The notes beneath the pieces were generated by a model, which did no database searches, was not told the DNA's origin, and saw only the letters and a program-made list of their open reading frames with translations. Both the position numbers and the translations under genes were made by a program. Of a stretch of DNA of 59,494 nucleotides, positions 46,788-57,015 are shown piece after piece. The stretch is from IMG/VR virus record IMGVR_UViG_3300017708_000345, positions 1-59,494 of that record; one strand, 5' to 3'. Each line of letters begins with the position of its first letter. Within the stretch, counting starts at the first letter, position 1. The stretch is from a virus (taxonomy: Duplodnaviria > Caudoviricetes).

Positions 46788-46795
46788 TAATTAGT
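46788..46795 (-). promoter_or_regulatory. ACTAATTA motif upstream of the gp6-like gene
   Basis: 18 nt before ATG 46770; intergenic variant. Confidence 0.55.
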
Positions 46796-46804
46796 ATTTA
46801 TCTA

Positions 46805-47209
46805 TTATATTTCTACTGGTATTGATAAATTAGATACAATGTTAGCACCCGGCACACGGAATCTTATATAAATATTTAATCTATTCTGTTCTGTCTCGTT
46901 TGGAAGGCCGCCGACAACAGGCGGGCTAGAAACATTTAGTTCGTCAATTACGATATAAGGAGCGTATTTTGCAACCTGATCTCGGATAGCCCTTCTGATT
47001 GTATCTTGAGTGCCTTGAGAATTTTGTTCAAATAAATAGTTCCGAACACCAACGCCGAAGTCTGGAATCATAATTCTTTCGCCGGGTGCTGTTAAAATTA
47101 TTGTTTTAAGATTTTGCTGAGCAAGTGCTTCCAAATCTTTGTGAAGACCATATGCGCCATCGACAAGATCAACAAAAAGTGGTAATTTTACTCCTAATCC
47201 TTCAGACAT
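46805..47209 (-). CDS. Baseplate wedge/sheath-initiator protein (T4 gp25 family)
   Basis: QNLKTIILTAPGERIMIPDFGVGVRNYLFE is the gp25/GPW signature. Confidence 0.93.
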   Translation of the reverse strand: MSEGLGVKLPLFVDLVDGAYGLHKDLEALAQQNLKTIILTAPGERIMIPDFGVGVRNYLFEQNSQGTQDTIRRAIRDQVAKYAPYIVIDELNVSSPPVVGGLPNETEQNRLNIYIRFRVPGANIVSNLSIPVEI

Positions 47210-47220
47210 ATAAAGTCCCC

Positions 47221-50200
47221 CTATTCATCTGGACATTCGTCGCCGTCTTGGTCAAACGGTCTATTCTTAAGCCTTCTGCCGCGTTGCCACCATCGCAAAC
47301 CATCTTCAAAGTTGAGAAGAGGTCGCAGGGCCTCACGGACAGAATCAGGTCTTGATCTGTGGTTGTAATTATTTTCTTCCTTGAAGTCAATAGATGCTGC
47401 TGAATCATACAGGGAAGTAAAGATGTCTCTTGCATCATCCCTAGTTTTATCATATACATCATCGTCTCCTCTGGCCCACTTTCTGAATGTTGGACCAATT
47501 GACTTCTTGCCTCCTGCAACTTCCCACATATCGCCGCCATCTGCCGGGTATCCGGGGGTTCCAAGTGAAGCAAAGAAGCCTTCAGATATATAAATAGCCA
47601 TCAAGGAAGTAAATCGAGATAGCGGGAACATATATCTAAACCAAGCTTTATATTCCACAGTCTTAATTAGTTCTTTGATTAAGCAATATACATCGTAAGA
47701 TTCTGGATCAAAAAGTGTAAACTCTTGGTCTGGAATTGGTAGTTCTGCTGAAGCAATTGGAATAATATATTTTGGTCCCTCTGGGCTGTCTAAAATGTAA
47801 GACTTGTCCAATAGAGATTTATCGGCAGAAATTGTATTCATAATCTCTTCAAAAACTTCTCTTTGGTCGTCTTCAAACTTATAAGACAAGCGCAAACCAA
47901 ACCTCCAACCTGTCACTTCTATTTCATGACGGTGGCCGTCATCATCGCTATTTAGGTTAGCTCTCTCAAGAACACCGTCTTTAATAATGTGGTAGTGCTC
48001 AGCGCCACTAATGTCAATGTGTGCAGAAGTTACTCCGTTACCATTTTCATCAATTTCGTAAGTGTGAACATGGTCTTCAATCTTTGTAGTTTGGCCATTG
48101 TTTGAAGGTTCTCCCCAAAGTTTTGAGATGTCACCTGAGAGTCCTTCAGCCTTCTTTGCTCGAACAAAATCGTCCCAGTCTTCTATATTCACAATGTTAT
48201 ACAGATTCTCTGAACGGCCAGAAATGTCGGCTGATGGCTCAAGCTTGTCTTCAATCTTTATATATCTTTCTAGAACAAAAGGCCAATTCCTGTTTGACTC
48301 TTCGTAAACTGTCTTGAGGGCAGTGGCAAATGGAGAACCAGCGGGGCCGACAGACTCAAGTTCATTAATCCTGTCCTGAACTGAAGGCGGTAACCCAACC
48401 TTAATGTTATGAGTTTCGGGATTGCTAGGATCTGACTGGACGTCAAAAGGTCCGCTTCCAAACACTCCACCATTTACCCAAGCATCGCTCATTAAGAAAA
48501 GGTGATCAATATCATAAACAAAAGAACGAATGTTGTCTTGGTAGAGTTGGCGTAGAGATTCAAATTCTTCTCGAATGTACCTTTCTAAGAAAACCAAAGC
48601 TTGATCTTCAGTTCTGTTCATGACCTCTCTAAATGCAGTATCCTTTGCAGCCTTGGCTCTGAGCTTGTTGAAACTTGCTGAACCATAACCTAAACCGATA
48701 GCTGTCTTGGCTGCCGGTGTGGACAGTGCTCTCTTCATGTAATTTTGGCTAGTTATTGCTGCACTAGAAAGGGCCTCTTCCTTTCCGTCAAAGACATCAT
48801 AGAAGTTTTGGATTTCTTGCTCAATAACAAACCTTGCAGCACGCTCTTTCTCAGTCAAATCTGTTTCTGGATTTAGCAAGCCAGACGCGATCTTTCTTCT
48901 AATTGTATTGTAAGCTTGCTCAATAACTCGGTAGTAGTAAGTATCGCTGGCTCTACCATTGAAGAGGCGACCGTCACTAGCAAGTCCGGCTTTAATTTTC
49001 TGAGCTACATAAGCGGGTAGGAGATCATCGTAGTTTTCTTCCGTCATCGCAAACATGATAAATGCCGGTGTCGCCCGGATAAATATATCAACAATATAAA
49101 TTCTAGCGATGGCACGGATCGCTCCATCAATATTTGAAGCAGGCCCGTTTTCAAGAATTTTATCATATGGAGCTTCTTGAGCACAAAGTGGATCAGATTT
49201 TAGTCTGTCATCTAGTGTAAGCTTCCCACAAAGCTCTGCTGCCCTCTTAGACACATCTTCTAGCTTATAGAGGGGTACTCTAGCAGGTTCACACCCATCG
49301 ACCTCAGGGACCAATCTAGCGGCCAAATCGAGCCATCCACCAAGCTCTTGTTCTTGAACATAAAATGGTTTAGGAACTCTCTCAGGATCAACGCCTGCTT
49401 TAATCAAGTTTCTGGCGAATAATCCACCATACTTTTCTGGATCCAAATATTCGATTACTGGCTCTAGATAAGGATCGTAGCCATACTGGAATGCCGGGGA
49501 TATTGTGTTGAGGGCAATCTTGGCGGCCTTTTCTCTTTCTCTCCTGTTTTGACTATCTACTGGATCAATATCTGGTTCTGGGGGCTCTAGGAAGCCGGAA
49601 TCTTCGTCTTCGTTACTTCTATCAAGAGGAATATCTGACCGTCCCAGAGCAATAGATTGGGAAACCCTCTTTAAGAATCCTGTAGATACTTTATCGTATG
49701 CTCCATTACTTTGATCAGAGAAGTACCGACGAATCAAATCATCTCCATCTAGAATCTGATTGACCTTCTCAGGATCGCTTGATACCTGAAGGAATCTTCT
49801 TACAAAGAATTTATACATAGACTCAATCTGATATGAATCAGTCACATCTGTGTCAGATGCTTTAAGATCCGGTACAAGGGCACCCAATACTGTTGCTTCA
49901 GTGGGCAATTGTTGCAAAGGACTGCCGTAAGTTCCCAAGTTAACCAAATAATTCTCTACTTCTTGGTCTACTGAGCCCTTGGATGTAATTTCAAATTTTG
50001 TATAAGTGTAATCTGGGTCATCTAGAATTGAAGGCGGAATTTCAACATCTCCGTTTCTTCTGAGTTGTCTTCTAGATAGAGTTTTGCCGCTAGGGCTACT
50101 ATAAGTAACATCTACACGAACAGCGTACTCATTATCTCTTTTTAATTTTCCAGATTCATCAAATAAATTATAATCATAATTTAACTCAAAACTATACAAA

Positions 50201-53200
50201 GGATTCGGAGGAGGAGAGCCCTCTGATTGTTGGGGGTCATCACCAAAGTCTCTGAAGTTAAGTTGAATATCAGAAGATGATACGTCTGGGTATTCTTCTA
50301 GCTTGGCACGAACTGGAAAAGCGTCAACAAAGTCTTGGCCGTTTGTGCCTGCTGCTCGTCGATTCTCGGTAGACCATTTAGAAAGCTTTTTACCACCAAC
50401 CAACTGGCCTGCAACGCTTATGTCTTTCCCGTTTAGGACTCTCCAGACACGATTCTTTCCACTTGTGTCTGGTGCTCGGGGGTCGTCTGTCAAGCTTTCT
50501 CCGGTAAAGATTTTATCTTTAGCAGCCTGAAGCATTTCGCTTTTTGCCGTGGCAAACTTTTGTGGAGATTTGATTGCCAGAGGTCCACCTGCATCGAATT
50601 CAAACTCATTGAAAAATGCATTTAGGTAATTTATTCTTAGTTGAATCCTATCTTGATTGATGGCGTCGGCTTGACGCCAAGCATCTCTCGCTTCACTTGG
50701 AGATGTAAAGCCTTCAGGAGAAAGTTGAGTCTTTACAGAGGGATTTAAATCTCTTAGCTGCTTACACATCCATGCACCAACCGTTGGAGGATAGCCTCCA
50801 TACGACTTTCCGCCAAGTGAAATACCAAAATCTTTACCGCGTAAATTGTTGCCGTAAATATCCGTTGCCGGGGCAGCGCGACCTTTGTAAGGTTCTCTAA
50901 TCGCATTGTTAGAATAGAACTCAAATAGCCCCAAGTCTTGCGAGTTAGGAGATCCAAATGAACCAACTAACCAATTGTGGTGCTTCCAAGGTCTACCTCT
51001 AGTATCTGCGAGAACAGCGTTTAGGACACCGCCTCTACCGTTAACCAAGTTTATTGGCCTCATTAAGTCTCTTAAATGAGACTCTTCCAGCTTTTGGAAT
51101 AGTGTTTCAGAAATTGAAGCATTAAGATCCGCCACTAATGGATCAATTTGTGGGTAAAATCCATCAGGAGGACAACCGGGGCCGCTCGCAAGTGGCGGGA
51201 AGTTAGCAAATGGGCCATTCTGCAAAATATCGGCCAAGTCTTGCAAGTCCTGAATCGCCTCATCCTTCAAATCATTAATTTGATCTCGGCATTCTTGAGG
51301 GCTTAAGCCTTTTTCTGTTAGAAGATCACACCTAAGGTCGTCAAGAATATCAGCAATATCGTCTGGGCAAGGGAAGGTATTCCTGCTACCAGCGCCCGGA
51401 GCTAGAACCTCCACAAGCTCATCTAGATTAGGAATAAAGAAGCCTAGAGCTGGGAAGAAGGTAGCAAAAGCGTCTGGATTGGAGAAAATCTCTCTGATAC
51501 ATTCGGAATCACTTGTAGCCGCAACCTCAAGAGCAAGTCTCATAGTTTCTTCGCTTGCTGTTCCAGTCAAAAGCTGAATTACCTGACCCTGTGTTAACAT
51601 CAAGGAAATGTCATCAATAAAGCTGCTCATCTCAGCGTTTGTTAGGGTTTCCAAACAAGTAGCGTCGGGGCCTGATGCTGCGGCGAGAATGGCTTGGAGT
51701 GCGTCTAACAACTGGTCATCTGTTGCATCTGGGCATAAGTTATCTTTCAGAAGGTCTCTAAAGTGATCGGACCCTGAGAACAAGTCTAGTAGATTGGCCC
51801 CAAGCGTAGCAATTGAATCACAAGCAACGCTAAGAATCTTGTCTAATATGCGCTTTAGGATTTCCATTGTCATAGCTAGAGCTGCTTGTTTTAGGGCTTC
51901 ATAAATAGCAAGCCCAAGTATTCTAGCCAAGTTAAGAAGGCCCTCTACGAAGGTCAATTCGCCATTGACTCCTATTGGGTTTAGGCAAGGAAGAGTTATA
52001 TCGCCATCCCACTTACACAGGTCGGCTTCTATTGTATTTAAAAAGGAATCCAAACGAGGGCTGAACGAGAGAAGGGGTAGTGGTACAGCGCATGGATTAT
52101 ACTTGGCAGACGCAATCAATCCTGCAACAATGGGAGCACCGGGAAGTTTATTAAGTTCGTTCAAAAGCTGATCTACTTCGAGAACATCTAGCAAAGCTGC
52201 CCTGTATGAGTCAACAATTTGCTTTTGAATGTTACCTAGAGAAGTCCCAAGAGCATCACCAGAGCCGGGTGATTGGCTACCAAATTGTAGATCTGCTCCG
52301 GGTATTTCAATCCCACCAAACGATGGACCTGTTGGTGTAGGCACAATCTGACTCTGCCTTTCTAGTTGTCGTGCGTCGCGACGCGCTTCACGATCCTGCT
52401 CGCGCTGCTCACTAAAGGCTTCAGGATCTGACTGTCTTAGTTCTCTATCTGCACGTCGTTCTTGTTTATTTTGTTCTTTTCTTTCATTTAGCTCAGCAAA
52501 AGTAATGCCGGGACCATTGATATACCCAATGTCCCATGGAGCAGGAACACTGCCTAGTTCACTTCTAATGTTACTAAAGATTGCCTCTTGTTGCTCTGGT
52601 GGTAGTCCTACGAAGATGCGCTCTAGGTGTACATCTTCCATTGCGTTAAAAGCCACATCGGTAAGAGCTTTAGTAGCTGTTTCTTCTCCAAGGCCCTTGG
52701 CAACACAATCTGCTGTTGCAAGAATTAAATCCAAAAACCCACACACACCAAGTCTGTTAAGTATGGATTGCCACACCTCTTCTACAGTTATCTTGTTTGT
52801 TTTGTCTTTTCGTGCTTGCTTTCTGTTTTTTCGCTTAGTTAAGTCTTCACCTGCTTTTGCCTGTGCAGTACCAAGCTTCTGCGCTTGTAATTGATTAGTC
52901 CTCTTGTTCTGCGAAACAGCCTTTTGTATTTCTTCAATAATAATATCAAATGTTGGATCTTGAATAGCTATTTTTTCTGAGCTTGCTATTTGCTTAATTC
53001 TTTGAAGTTGCTTTCTATATTGCTCCGCATACTCTTTCCCATCACGACCAGAATCAATCTTTTCATATTCTGCTAACAGTTCTTCCGTAGACATACATGA
53101 TTTATTTTTAAAGTTAGCTACTATGGCATCTGGGATGTTTAAGCCAATATCTAAGGCAGAATTTAAAATGTCTGTTAGGAAATCAGTATTTGGATTTAAG

Positions 53201-54774
53201 CCGGGGCCTAAAGCTGCGTTCGCTAGACATTGTAAAGAATTGGGATCGTTTAACATTGTGTTTGGATTCGAGCCGTAAAAAACCTCTACTTGTGGATAGA
53301 GATACTTAACAACAAACTCCAACCACGGTGGCTGCTCCCTAGCTTGCAAGTCTGTATCAATATCTGGCAGTGCGCCAATAAAGAAAAGTAGTCTAGAGTC
53401 CAGTGATTTGTTGTCTGTAATATTGTTTACAAATAATTGTCCTGTTTTGAACTCTTCTTGGCTAGTTTCGGAGAAAATAATATCTGGACAGCCAAACTTG
53501 TTTACAATAATTTCTTTTATTTCTAATTGAACTCCATCGTCCTTGAGATCAAACTTGAATGTAATCTTCTCTAAGTTTTGATTGCTAAAGTTGCCTCGGA
53601 ACGTCGCAGGGTCTTCGAAAGTAAGGCCCGAACCGTCTTTAATCATTTGCTCAATTAGCTTAGCAAAGTTAAGAACCCTTTCGCCTTCTTGCCTCAAGTT
53701 TACATATACTTCATCTGTATCGTCTGGATTGCCGTATGGGTCTCTGGCTGCGTTATTACGCTCAATAATCTTTCCGCCGTCTAAAGTAGTCCACCTATCA
53801 TACTTGTTCTTGAAAGTTGCCATAGCTCGCTTAAAGCGACGAGCCATTGGGAAAAAGTCTCTCCCTGCTATTGTGACTTCGAGATCAGTTTGGAACTTTG
53901 CTGTTGGTTGGGATAAAAGTCTGTTTGGCACCCTGTCTAGATATTCAACAGGAATTGAAACAAGGATTCTTGTTCTCGCGTTTCTTTGTGGAGGAATTTT
54001 AAAAGCAAGATCTGTGTATGGAAGAATTTCTTCTACAACGTCTCTTTCTTCAGACTCTAGATCATATCCTTTCTTTGGTTGAGGTATTTGCCCTGCTGTG
54101 ACGCCCGATCCAATACCCTGCCCTATTAAGCCTCCTACTACTGTTGGCAAGATGCCAGCCGACGCGAAGCCTAAAATACCACCTACAACCCTGCCTGCTG
54201 TACGTCCGGGTCTGTTTTCTTTCTGAACGTAGTAATAGACCGTGGCGACATCTGATTTATTAAAGTAATCTAGTAATAGCCTGATGCCTCTTCTTCTGTA
54301 TTCTTCTTGGAAAGCTTGAGAGTTTAGAGTTTCAACGTTTGGACCGGGATCACCATTTAGAACAGGAGAGTTTACAGTAATTACAACATTTTGAGTACAG
54401 TTCTTTCCATTAAAAAATGTATCGCCGTTATCTAACAATCCCCAATCTGGAACATACGCGAATGGATTTTCTCTACAAACTGGGCAGGGCTCGGGCTCTT
54501 CACCGGGTAGCAGCGGGTCACACTCTAGAAACTTAAATTGATCAAGTGTTTGTGAGTGTTTATCACCTAGATCTTCACCTGTAGCTGTCAATAAACTACT
54601 TGGCCCGTCACTTTCAGGACTTAGAGAGAGTCTTTCGTTTTCATTTGGAAAAGTTGATGATGCAGCTTGCTGCATACTAAGAGTTTGATCAGTGGCTTCT
54701 GTCTCTAGTCCTTGACCTTCTACTCCAAACTCTTCTAATGATTCGCGGCCTGATGGCTTCCTAATTTTACCCAT
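47221..54774 (-). CDS. Giant 2517-aa hypothetical tail-tip/baseplate-hub-region protein
   Basis: Uninterrupted ORF between gp5-like genes and gp25. Has a Gly-zipper hydrophobic segment near the N-terminus, a Cys-rich helical middle and an HxH repeat near the C-terminus. Confidence 0.65.
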   Translation of the reverse strand: MGKIRKPSGRESLEEFGVEGQGLETEATDQTLSMQQAASSTFPNENERLSLSPESDGPSSLLTATGEDLGDKHSQTLDQFKFLECDPLLPGEEPEPCPVCRENPFAYVPDWGLLDNGDTFFNGKNCTQNVVITVNSPVLNGDPGPNVETLNSQAFQEEYRRRGIRLLLDYFNKSDVATVYYYVQKENRPGRTAGRVVGGILGFASAGILPTVVGGLIGQGIGSGVTAGQIPQPKKGYDLESEERDVVEEILPYTDLAFKIPPQRNARTRILVSIPVEYLDRVPNRLLSQPTAKFQTDLEVTIAGRDFFPMARRFKRAMATFKNKYDRWTTLDGGKIIERNNAARDPYGNPDDTDEVYVNLRQEGERVLNFAKLIEQMIKDGSGLTFEDPATFRGNFSNQNLEKITFKFDLKDDGVQLEIKEIIVNKFGCPDIIFSETSQEEFKTGQLFVNNITDNKSLDSRLLFFIGALPDIDTDLQAREQPPWLEFVVKYLYPQVEVFYGSNPNTMLNDPNSLQCLANAALGPGLNPNTDFLTDILNSALDIGLNIPDAIVANFKNKSCMSTEELLAEYEKIDSGRDGKEYAEQYRKQLQRIKQIASSEKIAIQDPTFDIIIEEIQKAVSQNKRTNQLQAQKLGTAQAKAGEDLTKRKNRKQARKDKTNKITVEEVWQSILNRLGVCGFLDLILATADCVAKGLGEETATKALTDVAFNAMEDVHLERIFVGLPPEQQEAIFSNIRSELGSVPAPWDIGYINGPGITFAELNERKEQNKQERRADRELRQSDPEAFSEQREQDREARRDARQLERQSQIVPTPTGPSFGGIEIPGADLQFGSQSPGSGDALGTSLGNIQKQIVDSYRAALLDVLEVDQLLNELNKLPGAPIVAGLIASAKYNPCAVPLPLLSFSPRLDSFLNTIEADLCKWDGDITLPCLNPIGVNGELTFVEGLLNLARILGLAIYEALKQAALAMTMEILKRILDKILSVACDSIATLGANLLDLFSGSDHFRDLLKDNLCPDATDDQLLDALQAILAAASGPDATCLETLTNAEMSSFIDDISLMLTQGQVIQLLTGTASEETMRLALEVAATSDSECIREIFSNPDAFATFFPALGFFIPNLDELVEVLAPGAGSRNTFPCPDDIADILDDLRCDLLTEKGLSPQECRDQINDLKDEAIQDLQDLADILQNGPFANFPPLASGPGCPPDGFYPQIDPLVADLNASISETLFQKLEESHLRDLMRPINLVNGRGGVLNAVLADTRGRPWKHHNWLVGSFGSPNSQDLGLFEFYSNNAIREPYKGRAAPATDIYGNNLRGKDFGISLGGKSYGGYPPTVGAWMCKQLRDLNPSVKTQLSPEGFTSPSEARDAWRQADAINQDRIQLRINYLNAFFNEFEFDAGGPLAIKSPQKFATAKSEMLQAAKDKIFTGESLTDDPRAPDTSGKNRVWRVLNGKDISVAGQLVGGKKLSKWSTENRRAAGTNGQDFVDAFPVRAKLEEYPDVSSSDIQLNFRDFGDDPQQSEGSPPPNPLYSFELNYDYNLFDESGKLKRDNEYAVRVDVTYSSPSGKTLSRRQLRRNGDVEIPPSILDDPDYTYTKFEITSKGSVDQEVENYLVNLGTYGSPLQQLPTEATVLGALVPDLKASDTDVTDSYQIESMYKFFVRRFLQVSSDPEKVNQILDGDDLIRRYFSDQSNGAYDKVSTGFLKRVSQSIALGRSDIPLDRSNEDEDSGFLEPPEPDIDPVDSQNRREREKAAKIALNTISPAFQYGYDPYLEPVIEYLDPEKYGGLFARNLIKAGVDPERVPKPFYVQEQELGGWLDLAARLVPEVDGCEPARVPLYKLEDVSKRAAELCGKLTLDDRLKSDPLCAQEAPYDKILENGPASNIDGAIRAIARIYIVDIFIRATPAFIMFAMTEENYDDLLPAYVAQKIKAGLASDGRLFNGRASDTYYYRVIEQAYNTIRRKIASGLLNPETDLTEKERAARFVIEQEIQNFYDVFDGKEEALSSAAITSQNYMKRALSTPAAKTAIGLGYGSASFNKLRAKAAKDTAFREVMNRTEDQALVFLERYIREEFESLRQLYQDNIRSFVYDIDHLFLMSDAWVNGGVFGSGPFDVQSDPSNPETHNIKVGLPPSVQDRINELESVGPAGSPFATALKTVYEESNRNWPFVLERYIKIEDKLEPSADISGRSENLYNIVNIEDWDDFVRAKKAEGLSGDISKLWGEPSNNGQTTKIEDHVHTYEIDENGNGVTSAHIDISGAEHYHIIKDGVLERANLNSDDDGHRHEIEVTGWRFGLRLSYKFEDDQREVFEEIMNTISADKSLLDKSYILDSPEGPKYIIPIASAELPIPDQEFTLFDPESYDVYCLIKELIKTVEYKAWFRYMFPLSRFTSLMAIYISEGFFASLGTPGYPADGGDMWEVAGGKKSIGPTFRKWARGDDDVYDKTRDDARDIFTSLYDSAASIDFKEENNYNHRSRPDSVREALRPLLNFEDGLRWWQRGRRLKNRPFDQDGDECPDE

Positions 54775-55755
54775 TTAGTTCACCCTATTATGACGACTAT
54801 TGATATACTTGCAGCCAGAAACATTTAAGAAGTCTCCCTTTGCTGCATTAATCGCCTTCCTTTGAATTTCAAGATCAACAGCCTGTCTCTGAAGATCCGT
54901 CATGATTGTGGTTGCGGTTCCTATCCCTGCCGTCAAAGTAGCAACAACTGGCCCACCAGCGTTTGCCCCGGTGCGGGGTTCTAAAACTAAAGATACCATT
55001 TTTTGCATGTTTACAGTGATAGAAGTTAGCATATGATTAAGCCCTTCAATTCTTTCCATCATTGTTTCAAGGGCTGCTTGAAGATTTTCGCCTTTTGGAA
55101 TTGGTTGCAGAACTGGTCTCCTAGGAGCTTCGGTTGGTAGTTTTCTACCAGTATCTTCATCTTTGTTACCAGCAATAATATCAATTCCATGTATAATTCT
55201 AATTTTGCCGCCTCGTGAGTTTCTTGTGGCAGTTGTTCCAGAAACAATCTTAATACCTTTGCGAGCGACAATTCTGATTTGATCGGCACACATGCCAATT
55301 GCAGATTCAGCTACCGAGTTTCCTACATTACCCTCAGCTAAATCAAAGTATTGGTCAATATCTGCTCTCTGAGAGATATAAATTCTTGCAGCATCACCGG
55401 GGAGTCCCTTGCCTATGCTTCCAAAGTTTTTTGAAGCCTCAGCACCAATCCAAGTTTCTCCGTCTTCGTCAAATTTACCGCCCTCGGCAGGATCCCAGCC
55501 TTGCAAACCAACCACAAGGTCAATTGCTCCGCACATGGTATGGCCTCTTCCACCGTATCCTGAAGTAATGTCTGCATTTCTATCTCTGCCAATAATGATT
55601 CTTGCATTATTTCGAACTTCTTTTGGATAAACAATTTCAGCTTCAGCCCGTGCATATCTCGGCTGCTTTTCATCTAGCTTAGTATTGTCTAACCCTGCAA
55701 CGGGATTATTTCCTAATTTATGTTCAAATGGACTTAAAGTTTTTTTGTTTGACAT
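54775..55755 (-). CDS. Putative baseplate central spike, gp5 C-terminal-like part
   Basis: Short beta-strand repeats (ARIIIGRD, AIDLVVG, ARIYISQ, ADQIRIVARKGIKIV), QPIPKGENL and terminal INSRHNRVN; adjacent to the hydrolase-bearing gene. Confidence 0.5.
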   Translation of the reverse strand: MSNKKTLSPFEHKLGNNPVAGLDNTKLDEKQPRYARAEAEIVYPKEVRNNARIIIGRDRNADITSGYGGRGHTMCGAIDLVVGLQGWDPAEGGKFDEDGETWIGAEASKNFGSIGKGLPGDAARIYISQRADIDQYFDLAEGNVGNSVAESAIGMCADQIRIVARKGIKIVSGTTATRNSRGGKIRIIHGIDIIAGNKDEDTGRKLPTEAPRRPVLQPIPKGENLQAALETMMERIEGLNHMLTSITVNMQKMVSLVLEPRTGANAGGPVVATLTAGIGTATTIMTDLQRQAVDLEIQRKAINAAKGDFLNVSGCKYINSRHNRVN

Positions 55756-55782
55756 TTTTAGTGTTTTACCTTAATATTAAAA

Positions 55783-57015
55783 TTATAGAGAGGAGGTTGC
55801 GTCTCTATCACTAGCGTTCTTTTTGACAACAACTAAATATCGACCCGTGCTGATGGGAGTTCCGTCTGCATTCAAAGGTATTGTCATACCTTTTTTAACG
55901 GTAGAGCTTAGATTACCTCCTGCCAAATAAGCAATACCATCTTTAACAAGGTAAACAATATCTCCATGAGAGACGAAATCATCACCCGGACGGGGCCTTA
56001 CCAAAACATCTCCAACTTGCAAAACTACTCTTTCTCTTACTAAAGAATATAGACGCCACGGGCCTCCATCTGTTTGTCTATTCTCAAGTGCTGTTTGGCA
56101 GTAGGCTCGGTGTTTGGAGCTACCGGGGAACTCACCAGCATTTTTAAGAATCCAGCTAATAAAAGCCGCTGACCAAGCGGTCCATGTTTTGGGATCTCCA
56201 GTAGTAATAAATCCTGTGCCAAACTTGGGCGCGGAGCTATCATTAAAATATTTATTTAAAACAGATCGCATACCTGAACTATTTGTCTGTTTACCTGACC
56301 AAAGGGTAGCCTCGCCATCCACTCTTGATTTAATATCTGATATTTCGTCAGAAACCCAAGTTGTTCCGTAGGCTGGCTCTATAGCTGCTTCATATTCGAT
56401 TATTTTGTTTGTTGGTGAAGTACCGGGTTCTAAAGCAGTACCGCCCACAGTGGGGCCTTCACCATGCGCTGTTCGGGAGCCGCCTGCGGCGGAATCCAGC
56501 AGAGTATAATCGTCTTGCTGAGCAGCGTAAATAACATTAGTTATCTTGCCACTTCTGTAAGAAAAATTATCAAAAGCGACTGATACAATTGAATTTTTCC
56601 CCGGAAGATCAGGCTCAGAATCTGAATCAGGGGTATATTTCAGAACAGGATGCATCAAAATAAAAGATATTCTTTTGAGCGGGTCTGAATAAGAATTGGG
56701 ATCTGGTATATGTCCGTGGATTTCAGGAACTCTACAAAAGCAAAAAGCCTCTTTAACCCCTGTTCCTCTTTGGGCACTAGGAAGAATAGCTTTAATCAAT
56801 TTGTATAATAAGCTGTCTTTCTCTGGTGTACTAAAAGAAAGAAGCACTTGAGCATCAAAATTGAGGCGACTTTGAAGTATATCCTCATTCATTAAATTAG
56901 AGATAGATTCATTGTAAACAGCCGAAGCGTTGTCTTGAATCTGATCTCTAGTGACTGTAGGGACTTTCCTTCTTTGTGTTGTAGCGTTAAGCTCTCCGCG
57001 CTTAATCTGCGACAT
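55783..57015 (-). CDS. Putative gp5 N-terminal (OB-fold-like) protein fused to a DUF2272/CHAP-like cell-wall hydrolase domain
   Basis: N-part CRVPEIH..IPDP and LPGKNSIVSVAF; C-part AWSAAFISW, VGDVL, SHGDIV and GGN. Start placed at MSQIK (57015) with SD GGGAGG. Confidence 0.6.
   Translation of the reverse strand: MSQIKRGELNATTQRRKVPTVTRDQIQDNASAVYNESISNLMNEDILQSRLNFDAQVLLSFSTPEKDSLLYKLIKAILPSAQRGTGVKEAFCFCRVPEIHGHIPDPNSYSDPLKRISFILMHPVLKYTPDSDSEPDLPGKNSIVSVAFDNFSYRSGKITNVIYAAQQDDYTLLDSAAGGSRTAHGEGPTVGGTALEPGTSPTNKIIEYEAAIEPAYGTTWVSDEISDIKSRVDGEATLWSGKQTNSSGMRSVLNKYFNDSSAPKFGTGFITTGDPKTWTAWSAAFISWILKNAGEFPGSSKHRAYCQTALENRQTDGGPWRLYSLVRERVVLQVGDVLVRPRPGDDFVSHGDIVYLVKDGIAYLAGGNLSSTVKKGMTIPLNADGTPISTGRYLVVVKKNASDRDATSSL

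Noticed and set aside
47033-47040. ACTATTTA copy inside the gp25 gene
   Set aside because: It encodes part of the conserved NYLFE peptide and is over 250 nt from the next start; probably coincidental.
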